Below are positions 19,246 through 29,693 of a stretch of DNA of 39,428 nucleotides, in pieces. Below the pieces are notes generated by a model. It did not search any database. It was not told where the DNA came from and was given only the letters and a program-made list of their open reading frames with translations. The stretch spans positions 1 through 39,428 of the forward strand of contig JAAZMI010000047.1 in assembly GCA_012798895.1 (NCBI GenBank), given 5' to 3'. How positions within the stretch are numbered: the stretch's first letter is position 1; every line of letters begins with the position of its first letter. The DNA comes from Bacillota bacterium (GTDB taxonomy: Bacteria; Bacillota; Dethiobacteria; DTU022; UBA8154). The position numbers were made by a program, and so were the translations under genes.

Positions 19246-19998
19246 TTGGGTGAAAAACAAAGAGAAGAAGAGCTGATCGAACTTATCTCCTTAAGGGGGC
19301 TTCCCCGGCACGTTGCCATCATTATGGATGGAAACGGTCGTTGGGCCCAAAAAAGAGGCTTGCCACGCATTGCAGGACACCGGGCCGGGATAGATACATT
19401 ACGGGCGATCGTGGATTGTGCACAAAGCATTGGGATCAAAATAATCACCCTTTATGCTTTCTCTACGGAAAACTGGAAGAGGCCCCCCTTCGAAGTGAAG
19501 TTTTTAATGTATCTACCGGAAAAATATCTCCATAGAGAACTTCCATCGCTCATGGAAAAAAATATTATCGTCAGGGTCACAGGAGAACTGTCGGATCTTC
19601 CGGAAGGGACACGGATGGCAATTAACGAAGCCTTGGAGGCAACCCAAAATAATACAGGGATGATCCTGAATTTTGCGTTTAATTACGGTGGACGCAAGGA
19701 GATCATCTCCGCGGTAAAGAAAATTTGTGCTGAAGTGCGCGCGGACTGTTTAAATATTGAGGATATTACAGAAGAGCTTTTTACTGGATACCTCTACAAC
19801 GGAGATATACCAGATCCGGATCTACTAATTCGACCCAGCGGTGAACTGCGCATCAGCAACTTTTTGCTTTGGCAACTTGCCTATACGGAGCTGTGGTTTA
19901 CAGAAATCCTTTGGCCAGACTTTCAAAGAGAAAATTTTCTGCAGGCAATACTGGATTACCAGATACGGGAAAGAAGATTTGGTGATATTAAGTTCTAA
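19246..19998 (+). CDS. uppS: Isoprenyl transferase (undecaprenyl diphosphate synthase)
   Basis: HVAIIMDGNGRWA, YAFSTENWKRP, NYGGR, PDPDLLIRPSGELRISNFLLWQ. TTG start estimated. Confidence 0.95.
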   Translation: MGEKQREEELIELISLRGLPRHVAIIMDGNGRWAQKRGLPRIAGHRAGIDTLRAIVDCAQSIGIKIITLYAFSTENWKRPPFEVKFLMYLPEKYLHRELPSLMEKNIIVRVTGELSDLPEGTRMAINEALEATQNNTGMILNFAFNYGGRKEIISAVKKICAEVRADCLNIEDITEELFTGYLYNGDIPDPDLLIRPSGELRISNFLLWQLAYTELWFTEILWPDFQRENFLQAILDYQIRERRFGDIKF

Positions 19999-20021
19999 AC
20001 CGGACGGGCGGTGTGATGATT

Positions 20022-20813
20022 ATGTTGCGGGAAAGAATAGGGACCGCTTTAGTGGGTATACCGCTGCTCTTTTTTCTTGCTTATGTAGGGGGGTATTGGT
20101 ACAGCCTCATCATTTTGGTGGTCGGCATTCTTGGTTTAAAAGAATATTTTTCTATGATGAAGATCGGCGGCTGGAAACCCACCCAATTGGCCGGCTATCT
20201 ATTTTTACCCCTGGCCCTGCTGGCCGTTCATAAGGCCAATTCCACTTTGATTCTTACACTTTGGGTTTTTATCTTCATTACATTTGCCCTTTTCCCAGTA
20301 TTTTTCTTTACAAAAGTTAAGTACTGGGAGGCTGCTCTCTCTTTCTGGGGGGTTTTCTATACCGGTGGCCTGTCTGGTTTTCTGATTGCCATCAGACTGT
20401 TGCCCGCGGGATTTTACCTCACCATCTTTCTGCTCATCCTAGTTTGGTCTGCAGATGTATCTGCTTTCTTCACCGGCAAAACACTGGGGAAAAATCCTTT
20501 GGCCCCCCGCATCAGTCCCCAAAAAACATGGGAAGGCACCATAGGCGGTCTGCTTGGAAGCACTGTGGCCGGCGTGCTGGGGGCCTGGTTTTTTCCCCTC
20601 GATTTTTTAAACCTGTACATTGGAGCCATGCTCGGTTTGCTGGTTGGTTCGATCGGGATGCTGGGCGATCTCAATCAATCTGTTTTAAAAAGAAGTGTAA
20701 ATGTTAAAGATACAGGGGATCTTCTACCCGGCCACGGCGGGATATTAGATCGTTTTGACAGCCTATTATTTGCCGCGCCGATCTTCTACATTTTTATCCA
20801 TCGTATGATCTAG
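20022..20813 (+). CDS. cdsA: Phosphatidate cytidylyltransferase
   Basis: ISPQKTWEG, SVLKRSVNVKDTGDLLPGHGGILDRFDS. Confidence 0.95.
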   Translation: MLRERIGTALVGIPLLFFLAYVGGYWYSLIILVVGILGLKEYFSMMKIGGWKPTQLAGYLFLPLALLAVHKANSTLILTLWVFIFITFALFPVFFFTKVKYWEAALSFWGVFYTGGLSGFLIAIRLLPAGFYLTIFLLILVWSADVSAFFTGKTLGKNPLAPRISPQKTWEGTIGGLLGSTVAGVLGAWFFPLDFLNLYIGAMLGLLVGSIGMLGDLNQSVLKRSVNVKDTGDLLPGHGGILDRFDSLLFAAPIFYIFIHRMI

Positions 20814-20863
20814 TTTATTTTGTTTCCAGATTTGTTATAATTAAGATGATGTGAGGGTATTTT

Positions 20864-22033
20864 ATGGTTAAGAAGATTGTAATTCTAGGTTCTACCGGCT
20901 CCATAGGGAGACAAACCTTGGAAGTAGTAGAACAATTTCCGGATAAACTGAAGGTTATGGGTCTATCTGCAAAAAATAATATTGAACTTTTGGAAAAACA
21001 GATTAGAAAGCATAAACCCTTGGCCGCCGCCGTTTGGCAGGAAGACAAAGCTTCTGCGTTAAAAAAACGCATTGCCGGCTTACACACAGAAATTCTGGCC
21101 GGCGAAGAAGGTTTAAACACCCTGGCTGCACAACCCGAAGCGGAGATGGTCGTCGTTGCCCTAGTGGGGTTTAGTGGGTTTAAACCTACCTTTACTGCTC
21201 TGCAGGCTGATAAGGAGATTGCCTTGGCCAATAAGGAGGCTCTTGTGGTAGGCGGCGAATTGATAATGGCGGAGGCCCGTTTAAGAAATAAGGTAATCCG
21301 GCCGGTAGACAGCGAACATTCGGCGATCTTCCAGTGTCTGCAGGCCGGGGACGCAAAAGAAGTGGAGAGGATAGTTTTAACGGCATCCGGTGGTCCTTTC
21401 TTCGGGTGGGGGAAAAAGGAGTTGGCTGCAGTTCAACCGGAGCAGGCCCTAAAGCACCCCAATTGGGAGATGGGGGCTAAAATCACCATAGATTCTGCAA
21501 CCTTGATGAACAAAGGCTTCGAGGTATTGGAAGCCCGTTGGCTTTTTGACCTGCAGTTGTCACAGATCGATGTGGTTATCCACCCGCAAAGCATCGTTCA
21601 TTCCCTGGTAGAATATATTGATGGTTCCACTATAGCCCAGATGGGGCCCCCCAGTATGCTCCATCCCATACAGTATGCCCTTAGCTATCCGGAGAGATGG
21701 GCCAACGCTTTAACCCGCCTGCAGTGGAAAAAAGAAAGCAGGCTGAATTTCGCCCCTCCCGATCTGGAAACTTTTCCATGCTTGCGCTATGCTTATCAGG
21801 CTGGAGAGGAAGGCGGAACGATGCCCGCCGTTTTAAATGCAGCCAATGAGATCGCCGTAGAAAAATTTATGGAGGGGCAGTTACCTTTTTTGTGCATACC
21901 CGCCCTCTTAAAAGCAGTGATGGTTAGACACCGTTCCAAGGCAAAGCCGACCCTGGAGGATATCGTCGGTGCTGATGCTTGGGGCAGAGAAAATGCCAAA
22001 AAAATCCTGCAAAAGAAAAGGAGCCTAATTTAA
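20864..22033 (+). CDS. dxr: 1-deoxy-D-xylulose-5-phosphate reductoisomerase
   Basis: LGSTGSIG, LANKE, PVDSEHSAIFQ, HPNWEMGAKITIDSATLMNKG. Confidence 0.97.
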   Translation: MVKKIVILGSTGSIGRQTLEVVEQFPDKLKVMGLSAKNNIELLEKQIRKHKPLAAAVWQEDKASALKKRIAGLHTEILAGEEGLNTLAAQPEAEMVVVALVGFSGFKPTFTALQADKEIALANKEALVVGGELIMAEARLRNKVIRPVDSEHSAIFQCLQAGDAKEVERIVLTASGGPFFGWGKKELAAVQPEQALKHPNWEMGAKITIDSATLMNKGFEVLEARWLFDLQLSQIDVVIHPQSIVHSLVEYIDGSTIAQMGPPSMLHPIQYALSYPERWANALTRLQWKKESRLNFAPPDLETFPCLRYAYQAGEEGGTMPAVLNAANEIAVEKFMEGQLPFLCIPALLKAVMVRHRSKAKPTLEDIVGADAWGRENAKKILQKKRSLI

Positions 22034-22034
22034 C

Positions 22035-23054
22035 ATGCAGACAATAATTGCCTCCATTATTATCTTCGGTCTCTTGATTTTTGTGCATGAATTTGGCCAT
22101 TTTGCTGCAGCGAGATTGACAGGCGTGCGCGTTCTGGAGTTTGCGATTGGCTTTGGCAAAGAGCTGTTAAGTTGGGAGAGTAAGGGAACACATTATTCTT
22201 TCCGTTTGTTTCCCCTCGGTGGATTTTGCCGGATGTTGGGATTGGGGGAAGAGCAGGCGGAAGCGCAAGAAAAGGGGAATTTTCAACAAAAACCCCTTCT
22301 CTCCCGCTTTCTTGTAATCATCGCCGGTTCCCTGATGAATTTCTTGCTGGGCGTGGTTCTTTTTTCTCTCGTCTATTTTTTATTTTTAGGGGTTCCACAG
22401 ACGCAATGGGCCCAGATTGGGGAGGTTTTGCCCGGCAGTAGGGCCGAGCAAGCAGGCCTACTGCCCGGCGATACAATTTTATCTATCGGAGGTTCTCCCA
22501 CAGATAACTGGGAGGCGGTAATCCAGCAGATCCACGCCAGCCCGGAAAAAGAGATCTCGCTTATCGTGCAGCGAGATGATCAGAAAATTTCTTTTACCGT
22601 CGTGCCGGCAGAGGAGGAAGGACGCGGTTTGATCGGCATTGCTCCTCTCTATAAGAGATTCATGCTTATGTCTTCAATCGGCCTCGGTTTCACATATACC
22701 TGGTTTTTTGGCAAGTTGATTCTGGTTAGCCTGGCCCAGATGGTTACAGGTACCATCCCTGCTGATGTAACGGGCCCGGTGGGGATCGTGGCCGTAGTGG
22801 GCGAAGTAGCCCGGACCGGTTTAAGCAACCTTCTTTCCCTGGCGGCGATCATCAGTGTCAACCTGGGCGTGATCAACCTTCTGCCAATTCCGGCACTGGA
22901 CGGCAGCCGCGTTATCTTTTTGGCTTGGGAGGCAATCCGGGGCAAACCTGTTGACCCACAAAAAGAGGGGTTCATCCATTTTATCGGTTTTACTGTTCTT
23001 ATATTGCTGATGATTATCATCTCTTTTCAGGATATTTCCCGCCTGTTGTTTTAG
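22035..23054 (+). CDS. rseP: RIP metalloprotease RseP (M50 with PDZ domain)
   Basis: HEFGH zinc motif, PDZ-like AEQAGLLPGD, NLLPIPALDG. Confidence 0.95.
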   Translation: MQTIIASIIIFGLLIFVHEFGHFAAARLTGVRVLEFAIGFGKELLSWESKGTHYSFRLFPLGGFCRMLGLGEEQAEAQEKGNFQQKPLLSRFLVIIAGSLMNFLLGVVLFSLVYFLFLGVPQTQWAQIGEVLPGSRAEQAGLLPGDTILSIGGSPTDNWEAVIQQIHASPEKEISLIVQRDDQKISFTVVPAEEEGRGLIGIAPLYKRFMLMSSIGLGFTYTWFFGKLILVSLAQMVTGTIPADVTGPVGIVAVVGEVARTGLSNLLSLAAIISVNLGVINLLPIPALDGSRVIFLAWEAIRGKPVDPQKEGFIHFIGFTVLILLMIIISFQDISRLLF

Positions 23055-23086
23055 TATTTGCCAGTGTAATCTTGGGTGGTGACGAA

Positions 23087-24166
23087 TTGCGTCGAAAATC
23101 TTTAGCGTTAAAGGTGGGGGCTGTAACGATCGGAGGAGAGGCCCCCGTATCTATACAATCGATGACCAATACAGACACAACGGATCTCAAAGCAACTTTG
23201 GAACAGATTGGCAGGCTTTCTGATGCCGGTTGTGAACTGGTGCGTCTTGCCGTGCCGGACGAAAAAGCGGCCCTGGCTCTGGGTACAATTAGAAAGTACA
23301 CACCTTTACCGTTGATCGCCGACATCCATTTTGATTTCCGGTTGGCCCTTCTCTCCATACGGGAGGGAGCGGATAAAGTGAGAATTAACCCCGGTAATAT
23401 CGGGGGAAAAGAAAAGCTTCTTCAGGTTGCCGCCTGCGCAGCAGAAAAAGGGATACCACTGCGTATTGGGGTAAACTCGGGGTCTATCAGCCGGGAACTA
23501 AGATTAAAATACAAAGGGGCGACAGCGGAGGCCCTGGTCGAGGATGCTCTGCGGAGCATCGATTTTTTGGAGAAAAATTCTTTTAAAGATATCGTTGTCT
23601 CTTTAAAGGCGACAGATGTTCCTTTAACCATCGCCGCCTATCAGGAGATATCCGGCCAGATCCCCTACCCCCTGCATCTCGGCGTTACAGAAGCCGGAAG
23701 AGGCATCCGGGGAGCCATAAAATCTTCTTTGGCGATCGGGCATCTACTATTAAATGGGATTGGGGATACGATCCGTGTCTCTTTAACGGGCGATCCGGTA
23801 GAAGAGATCCATGTTGCCCGCGATATCTTGCAGGCTGCGGGTCTAAGAAAATTAGGGCCGGAGATTATCTCCTGCCCCACCTGTGCCCGTTGCAAGATAG
23901 ACCTCGAAACCCTGGTCAAACAGGTTGAAACATTAATTGAGAAGATGAAGCTGGAATACCCGCTAAAGATCGCCATCATGGGCTGCCCTGTAAACGGCCC
24001 CGGTGAAGCCCGGGAGGCGGATATCGGCATATCCGGCGCGAAAAACTTTGGAATCATCTTTAAAGAGGGCCAAGTTTATAAAAAAGTGGCACCCGATGAG
24101 ATCATCACTGTATTGGAGCACGAGATAAAAGAGCTGCTGAAAAAAAAGCATTTTTTCAAAAGCTAA
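23087..24166 (+). CDS. ispG: (E)-4-hydroxy-3-methylbut-2-enyl-diphosphate synthase
   Basis: IQSMTNT, ADIHFD, RINPGN, HLGVTEAG, SCPTCAR, MGCPVNGPGEA. TTG 23087 follows GGTGGTG. Confidence 0.96.
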   Translation: MRRKSLALKVGAVTIGGEAPVSIQSMTNTDTTDLKATLEQIGRLSDAGCELVRLAVPDEKAALALGTIRKYTPLPLIADIHFDFRLALLSIREGADKVRINPGNIGGKEKLLQVAACAAEKGIPLRIGVNSGSISRELRLKYKGATAEALVEDALRSIDFLEKNSFKDIVVSLKATDVPLTIAAYQEISGQIPYPLHLGVTEAGRGIRGAIKSSLAIGHLLLNGIGDTIRVSLTGDPVEEIHVARDILQAAGLRKLGPEIISCPTCARCKIDLETLVKQVETLIEKMKLEYPLKIAIMGCPVNGPGEAREADIGISGAKNFGIIFKEGQVYKKVAPDEIITVLEHEIKELLKKKHFFKS

Positions 24167-24245
24167 AACAGCCGCTTAAATCTACGAATTTGTTTTATAA
24201 CCGGTAGTTACAAGGTTATCACAATACTGCGAACGGAGGATGTTC

Positions 24246-24887
24246 ATGGAGGCAATTGTCATCATCCCGGCCTACAATGAAGAAAAAACTATTGGACATG
24301 TTTTAGCCCCGTTAAAAGAAGTTGCCTTGGTTAAGCAAATTATTGTGGTTAGCGATGGTTCTACCGATAACACTGTGCCCGTAGCAAAAAGCTATGGCGT
24401 AGAGGTGGTTGAATTGTCGGAAAATAGAGGGAAGGGCGGGGCTTTAAAGGCGGGTCTGGATAATTTCAGGGCTGATGTGGTCCTATTTTTAGATGCGGAT
24501 CTATTAGGTTTAACTCCAAAACATGTCTTTAACCTCTTGGAACCGGTTATCAATAACGAGGCGGATATGACTATAGGGCTCTTCGAGGGAGGACGAATTG
24601 CCACCGATCTTGCCCAAAAAATGGCGCCCTATCTCTCCGGCCAACGGGCAATAAAATTTTCTATTTTAGAGAAAATATCCGATCTCGATATCGCCAGATT
24701 TGGCGTGGAGGTAGCTTTAAATCGTTTTATGGAATCTGCAGCGATAAGGGTCCGGGAAGTTGTCCTTAACGATATGACCCACGTAATGAAAGAGGAGAAA
24801 ATGGGCGTGTGGAAAGGGATGGCTGCCAGGATGAAGATGTATTGGGAGATCATTAAATATCTGACGCGTGCCTATTCTATTAAGTAA
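24246..24887 (+). CDS. Glycosyltransferase family 2 protein
   Basis: IIPAYNEE, VSDGSTD, NRGKGGA, FLDADL (DxD), LSGQRA, FGVE. Confidence 0.9.
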   Translation: MEAIVIIPAYNEEKTIGHVLAPLKEVALVKQIIVVSDGSTDNTVPVAKSYGVEVVELSENRGKGGALKAGLDNFRADVVLFLDADLLGLTPKHVFNLLEPVINNEADMTIGLFEGGRIATDLAQKMAPYLSGQRAIKFSILEKISDLDIARFGVEVALNRFMESAAIRVREVVLNDMTHVMKEEKMGVWKGMAARMKMYWEIIKYLTRAYSIK

Positions 24888-25032
24888 TACATATAGCAAT
24901 TACGTGCCGGAATAAAGAGGGTTATCTACAGGAAAAGGTATATGAGGTGACATGCATAAAAATTTGCGGGTTTGCGCGTTTGCAAGGGGATAAAGGTGCC
25001 GCAACGTGAAGCGGGGAAGAGCGGTCTTTTCC

Positions 25033-25061
25033 TTGCATCCATTAACGAGATATGATAAAAT
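25033..25061 (+). promoter_or_regulatory. SigA promoter of the rimP-nusA-infB operon
   Basis: TTGCAT-N17-TAAAAT with an extended TGn before the -10 box. Confidence 0.6.
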
Positions 25062-25101
25062 AAAATGCGAATCAGGGATTTTTCCAAGAGAAGCGTATGT
25101 A

Positions 25102-25128
25102 AAAGAGTGGGCCTCACCCACTCTTTAT
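25102..25128 (+). promoter_or_regulatory. rimP leader (terminator-like attenuator hairpin)
   Basis: AAAGAGTGGG-CCTCA-CCCACTCTTT lies between the promoter and the rimP start, matching the known conserved GAGTGGG..CCCACTC rimP-leader hairpin. Confidence 0.75.
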
Positions 25129-25169
25129 TCTTGAGGCCATCGAATCACGATTTAAAGGAGAGGTCGAGT

Positions 25170-25664
25170 TTGAGTACCCCTCGAAAAACAGGTAAAGGCA
25201 CGATCAGCATTATTGAAAAATTAGCAGAAAATGTGACAGAAGATCTGGGGCTGGAGCTGGTCGATGTAAAATTTGGATCCTTTGGAAAGCAGCTTCATCT
25301 GACGATCTTTATCGATAAACCCGGGGGAGTTTCTTTGGATGATTGCGAGAAGGTAAGCAGAGCCCTCGGAGTGCTTTTAGACGGAGAAGATCCCATTCCT
25401 CATCGTTATTTTTTAGAGGTATCTTCCCCGGGGCCGGAGAGACCTCTGAAAAAAGAGGCGGATTTTAGGAGATTTTTGGAACATGATGTTCAGATTAGAA
25501 CTGTTGAAAAAATAGATGGGCGTAGAAATTTTAAAGGCGTATTAAAAAAATTTCAGGATAATTTTATTACTATAGAAACAGGGGAAAATGAACAGATCAG
25601 GATCGACTATAAGGAGGTCGCCAAGGCAAACCTCTACGAAAAAAAACAGGGGGTGAAAAAATGA
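25170..25664 (+). CDS. rimP: Ribosome maturation factor RimP
   Basis: LELVDV, IFIDKPGGVSLDDCEKVSR, YFLEVSSPG.ERPL. TTG 25170 follows AAGGAGAGG; the track's longer start runs through the leader. Confidence 0.93.
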   Translation: MSTPRKTGKGTISIIEKLAENVTEDLGLELVDVKFGSFGKQLHLTIFIDKPGGVSLDDCEKVSRALGVLLDGEDPIPHRYFLEVSSPGPERPLKKEADFRRFLEHDVQIRTVEKIDGRRNFKGVLKKFQDNFITIETGENEQIRIDYKEVAKANLYEKKQGVKK

Positions 25665-27142
25665 ACCATGATTTCATGTTAGCCCTGGAGGCCATTGAAA
25701 AAGAAAAAGGAATTAAAAAAGAAACTTTGTTTGAAGCTATAGAAGCAGCTTTGATCTCCGCTTACAAGAGAAATTTCAACTCTGCACACAATGTCGAGGT
25801 TAACATCGAACGGGAGACCGGGCAGATACAGATCTATACCTGCCTTAATGTTGTGGATGAAGTTAGCAATGCTCAATTTGAAATCCAGTTGGATGAAGCC
25901 CGCAAGCGCGATCCCGGGTATGAAATCGGGGATATTGTGGAGGTAGAAGTTACCCCCAAAAACTTTGGAAGAATAGCGGCCCAGACAGCCAAACAAGTTG
26001 TCATTCAACGCATCAGAGAAGCAGAAAGGGATCTGATCTACGAAGAATATGTAGACCGCGAGGAGGATATTATTACTGGTTCTGTACAGCGCTTCGAACA
26101 TAAAAATGCCATTATCAATCTTGGAAAGACAGAGGCCATCTTAACTCCTGCGGAACAGATGCCAAGGGAAGTATACCGGCAAGGAGATCGCCTAAAAATC
26201 TATGTCCTTGAGGTTAAAAAAACGACCAAGGGCCCGCAGATCCTGGTTTCCCGCACACATCCCGGGCTTTTAAAGAGGCTTTTTGAACTAGAGGTTCCGG
26301 AGGTGTTTGACGGTATTGTAGAGATCAAATCTATCGCGCGCGAACCGGGAAACCGGGCCAAAATAGCTGTATCTTCCCGCGAAAAAGATGTTGACCCGGT
26401 GGGAGCTTGTGTGGGGCCCAAAGGATCGCGGGTGCAGTCTATCGTCAGCGAACTTAAAGGTGAAAAAATTGATATCATTGAATGGGAGGAAGATCCCGAA
26501 GTATTTGTGGCCCGGGCGTTGAATCCTGCTAAGACATTAAAGGTAGAGCTTGACCCGGATCACAGGGCGGCCGTAGCCATAGTTCCAGATTACCAGCTTT
26601 CCCTCGCCATCGGCAGGGAAGGGCAGAACGTTCGCCTGGCGGCGCGCCTGACAGGCTGGAAAATCGATATCGTTAGTGAATCTGAGTATATCGAGGGGAA
26701 AAAAGAGCAGGGGAGCAAAACACCGGATGTTGCAGATGCTGTAGGTGCCAATACTATAGCGGAAGAATCTGATGTTTTGGCTGAAGAGCCCGCTACAGTA
26801 TTGGAAGAAATTGTATCGGGTGAACCCACTGCCACAGGTGAAGAACCTGTGAGCATAGAGGAAGAACCCCATCTTGCAGTAGAAGATTCTGTTACCGGGG
26901 AGGATGATGCCCTGCCCGCTGTAGTTAACGCCGGTGAAGATGAAAACGGGATAGAAGCTGTAGACGCTGTTAGCACATCGGGGAATGACGAAGAGACTGA
27001 AGAGACCGCTGCACTGGAAGAAAAATTTTTAGATGATCCGGAAACCACTGTATCGGAAGAGGCCAAGGATATATCCAAGGCCGGACAAGAACAGGAAGAA
27101 GAGGCAGGTAATAGTTCTGAAACAGGGGAACAAGAACCTTAG
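25661..27142 (+). CDS. nusA: Transcription termination/antitermination factor NusA with a long acidic C-terminal tail
   Basis: FGRIAAQTAKQV, VSRTHP, DPVGACVG, QLSLAIGREGQNVRLAARLTGWKIDI. Confidence 0.97.
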   Translation: MNHDFMLALEAIEKEKGIKKETLFEAIEAALISAYKRNFNSAHNVEVNIERETGQIQIYTCLNVVDEVSNAQFEIQLDEARKRDPGYEIGDIVEVEVTPKNFGRIAAQTAKQVVIQRIREAERDLIYEEYVDREEDIITGSVQRFEHKNAIINLGKTEAILTPAEQMPREVYRQGDRLKIYVLEVKKTTKGPQILVSRTHPGLLKRLFELEVPEVFDGIVEIKSIAREPGNRAKIAVSSREKDVDPVGACVGPKGSRVQSIVSELKGEKIDIIEWEEDPEVFVARALNPAKTLKVELDPDHRAAVAIVPDYQLSLAIGREGQNVRLAARLTGWKIDIVSESEYIEGKKEQGSKTPDVADAVGANTIAEESDVLAEEPATVLEEIVSGEPTATGEEPVSIEEEPHLAVEDSVTGEDDALPAVVNAGEDENGIEAVDAVSTSGNDEETEETAALEEKFLDDPETTVSEEAKDISKAGQEQEEEAGNSSETGEQEP

Positions 27143-27183
27143 GGTTCAGTTGAAAAACAGTTCTTTGATGCAGGGGGTGCCTT

Positions 27184-27453
27184 ATGGCTAGGAAAAGAAA
27201 AACACCCCAGAGATTGTGTTTGGGTTGCCGCACCCTAAAAAATAAAAGGGAGCTGCTTCGGGTTGTACGCACCCCTCAAGGAGAGATCGAACTGGACACT
27301 TCCGGCAAGAAATCGGGGAGAGGTGCCTATATATGCCCAAACATTACCTGTTGGCAGGAAGCCCTAAAAAACAAAGGATTTGAAAAAAGTTTGCGTACTT
27401 CTATTCCAGTGGATATTATGCGGCTGATAAAAGAAAAACTAGGGGAGGAGTAG
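27184..27453 (+). CDS. rnpM: YlxR/RnpM family RNA-binding protein
   Basis: PQRLCLGC, KRELLRVVRTP, GKKSGRGAYIC. Confidence 0.92.
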   Translation: MARKRKTPQRLCLGCRTLKNKRELLRVVRTPQGEIELDTSGKKSGRGAYICPNITCWQEALKNKGFEKSLRTSIPVDIMRLIKEKLGEE

Positions 27454-27559
27454 ACCGCAGAACAGGTTTTGTTTATTTTTTTTACCCTACTCGTGGAGAG
27501 TTTTTTAGAATTCATCGAGTTCACTTAAGGAGGGCAAAAATAATATGGAGGTGTTGTAG

Positions 27560-29653
27560 ATGGCCAAAGTTAGAGTATATGAGTTATCCAGAGAATTGGG
27601 CATGCAAAGTAAAAAATTAATACCTATTCTACAGGAACTGAATATAGACGTAAAAAATCATATGAGCACATTGGATGAAGAGCTCGCCAAAAAAGTATTG
27701 GAGATGCTCACCAAGGGTAAGAGAAGGCCCATCGATGAGCCTGCCGCTTCTGCTCCTGCCGAAGAAAATAAAGAAGCGGCAACAGAGACAAAGGCCCCGG
27801 TGACAGAGCAGGCTGTTACGAAAAAGAAGGATAAAAAGAAACCTCCCCGGGAGGGCCGCAAGGCAAGGAAGGCACGCTTGTCGCAGGAAAAGAAGGTAAA
27901 AACCACTGCGGCACTTGCTTTGGAGGGACGGGTTACCGTAGGGGAGATAGCCGGAAAGCTAAATGTGATGGCTTCAGAGATATTAGGCAAACTGTTGGGT
28001 TTGGGTATAATTTGTAATATAAATCAGCAACTGGATGATGACATCCTGGAGATCCTTGCTGAAGAATACGATATTAAGTTTGAGATCACCCCGGATCCTG
28101 ATGAAGAGTTGTTGGATGAGATGACGGCAGGAGAGGATAGTAAGAAAGCCTTGAAAACGCGGCCCCCTGTGGTTACAGTCCTGGGGCATGTCGACCATGG
28201 GAAAACATCCCTGCTGGATGCTATTAGAGCCTCCGATATTACTGCCTCGGAGGCAGGCGGAATTACCCAGCATATTGGTGCTTACACCGTAAAGATTAAC
28301 GGGAAAAAAGTTGTCTTTTTAGATACGCCGGGACATGAGGCTTTTACCGCCATGCGTGCCCGCGGGGCACAGGCTACAGATATTGCCGTGCTGGTTGTCG
28401 CTGCAGACGATGGGGTGATGCCCCAAACAATCGAGGCGGTTAACCATACCCGGGCTGCCGGTGTTCCCATCATCGTGGCTGTGAACAAGATTGACAAACC
28501 TGCTGCCAACCCCGAAAGAGTGAAGCAACAGTTGGCCGAAATAGATCTAATACCGGAAGAATGGGGCGGGGAAGTAGTCTTTGTCAATATCAGTGCCCTG
28601 AAGAAAGAGGGCCTCTCCGAACTGTTGGAGATGATCTTGCTCGTTGCAGAGATGGCTGAACTGAAGGCTGATTATTCCCGCCATGCACAGGGGATAGTCA
28701 TCGAGGCAAAATTGGATAAAGGAAGAGGCCCGGTAGCTACTATTCTTGTTCAGGACGGAATTGTGAAGATCGGCGATCCGGTAATCTGCGGAAATATCTT
28801 TGGCCGAGTGCGGGCCATGATCAATGATCAGGGCATCCGGATCAAGAAAGCTTACCCCTCTACCCCCATTGAGGTTCTTGGTTTAGCCGATATACCGCAA
28901 GCCGGCGATCATTTTCTGGTAGTCAATGATGAAAAACTTGCCCGGCAGATAGCCCAAAAAAGAGGTGAAAAGCTAAGAGAAGCCACCTTGCACAGGGCAC
29001 AACCAGTTTCGCTTGATGATTTCTTTAAACAGATCCAGGATGATGAGATAGATCTTAATATAATAATTAAGGCCGATGTTCAAGGATCGGCAGAAGCCTT
29101 ACAAGAGTCCCTTTTGAAGATCGAAAATGAAAAAGTCAAGTTAAATGTCATTCATAAAGGGGTCGGGGCCATCTCGGAATCCGATGTCATGCTGGCCTCT
29201 GCTTCTAATGCCGTTATTATCGGCTACAACATCAGGCCCGAAGCCAATGCCCGCAAGCTGGCCGAAAAGGAACAAGTTGATATCAGGCTCTACAGGGTTA
29301 TCTATGAGATCATTGATGACGTTAAGGCGGCAATTTTAGGTTTACTGGAGCCCAAATATGAAGAATCCTATCTGGGGCAAGCGGAAATTCGTAAAATATT
29401 TAAAGTATCCAAAGTGGGTTCCATTGCCGGTTCTTATATCCTCGAAGGGAAAATTACGCGCAATGCCAGTTTGCGTGTTATCAGGGACGGCGTAGTCATT
29501 CATGAAGGAAAAATTGAATCCCTGAAACGTTTTAAAGATGATGTGAGAGAGGTTAGCAGCGGTTTCGAATGCGGTATTCTGCTGGAAGGTTTTAATGATC
29601 TGAAAGAAGAAGATATCCTGGAAGCATATGAGATGAAAAAAGTGGAACCCTAA
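27560..29653 (+). CDS. infB: Translation initiation factor IF-2
   Basis: [49 protein letters not shown]. Confidence 0.98.
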   Translation: MAKVRVYELSRELGMQSKKLIPILQELNIDVKNHMSTLDEELAKKVLEMLTKGKRRPIDEPAASAPAEENKEAATETKAPVTEQAVTKKKDKKKPPREGRKARKARLSQEKKVKTTAALALEGRVTVGEIAGKLNVMASEILGKLLGLGIICNINQQLDDDILEILAEEYDIKFEITPDPDEELLDEMTAGEDSKKALKTRPPVVTVLGHVDHGKTSLLDAIRASDITASEAGGITQHIGAYTVKINGKKVVFLDTPGHEAFTAMRARGAQATDIAVLVVAADDGVMPQTIEAVNHTRAAGVPIIVAVNKIDKPAANPERVKQQLAEIDLIPEEWGGEVVFVNISALKKEGLSELLEMILLVAEMAELKADYSRHAQGIVIEAKLDKGRGPVATILVQDGIVKIGDPVICGNIFGRVRAMINDQGIRIKKAYPSTPIEVLGLADIPQAGDHFLVVNDEKLARQIAQKRGEKLREATLHRAQPVSLDDFFKQIQDDEIDLNIIIKADVQGSAEALQESLLKIENEKVKLNVIHKGVGAISESDVMLASASNAVIIGYNIRPEANARKLAEKEQVDIRLYRVIYEIIDDVKAAILGLLEPKYEESYLGQAEIRKIFKVSKVGSIAGSYILEGKITRNASLRVIRDGVVIHEGKIESLKRFKDDVREVSSGFECGILLEGFNDLKEEDILEAYEMKKVEP

Positions 29654-29693
29654 ACTTTTTTGCTGGCATGGCCTTCAGGGGAGGTATTAAAAA

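Noticed and set aside
24952-24993. 13-codon ORF MHKNLRVCAFARG with a GAGGTG SD
   Set aside because: It lies upstream of the predicted rimP promoter, so it is not a leader peptide; no other support.
26590-27078. Ser-rich 162-aa minus-strand ORF
   Set aside because: Reverse complement of the GAA-rich NusA tail; a compositional artefact.
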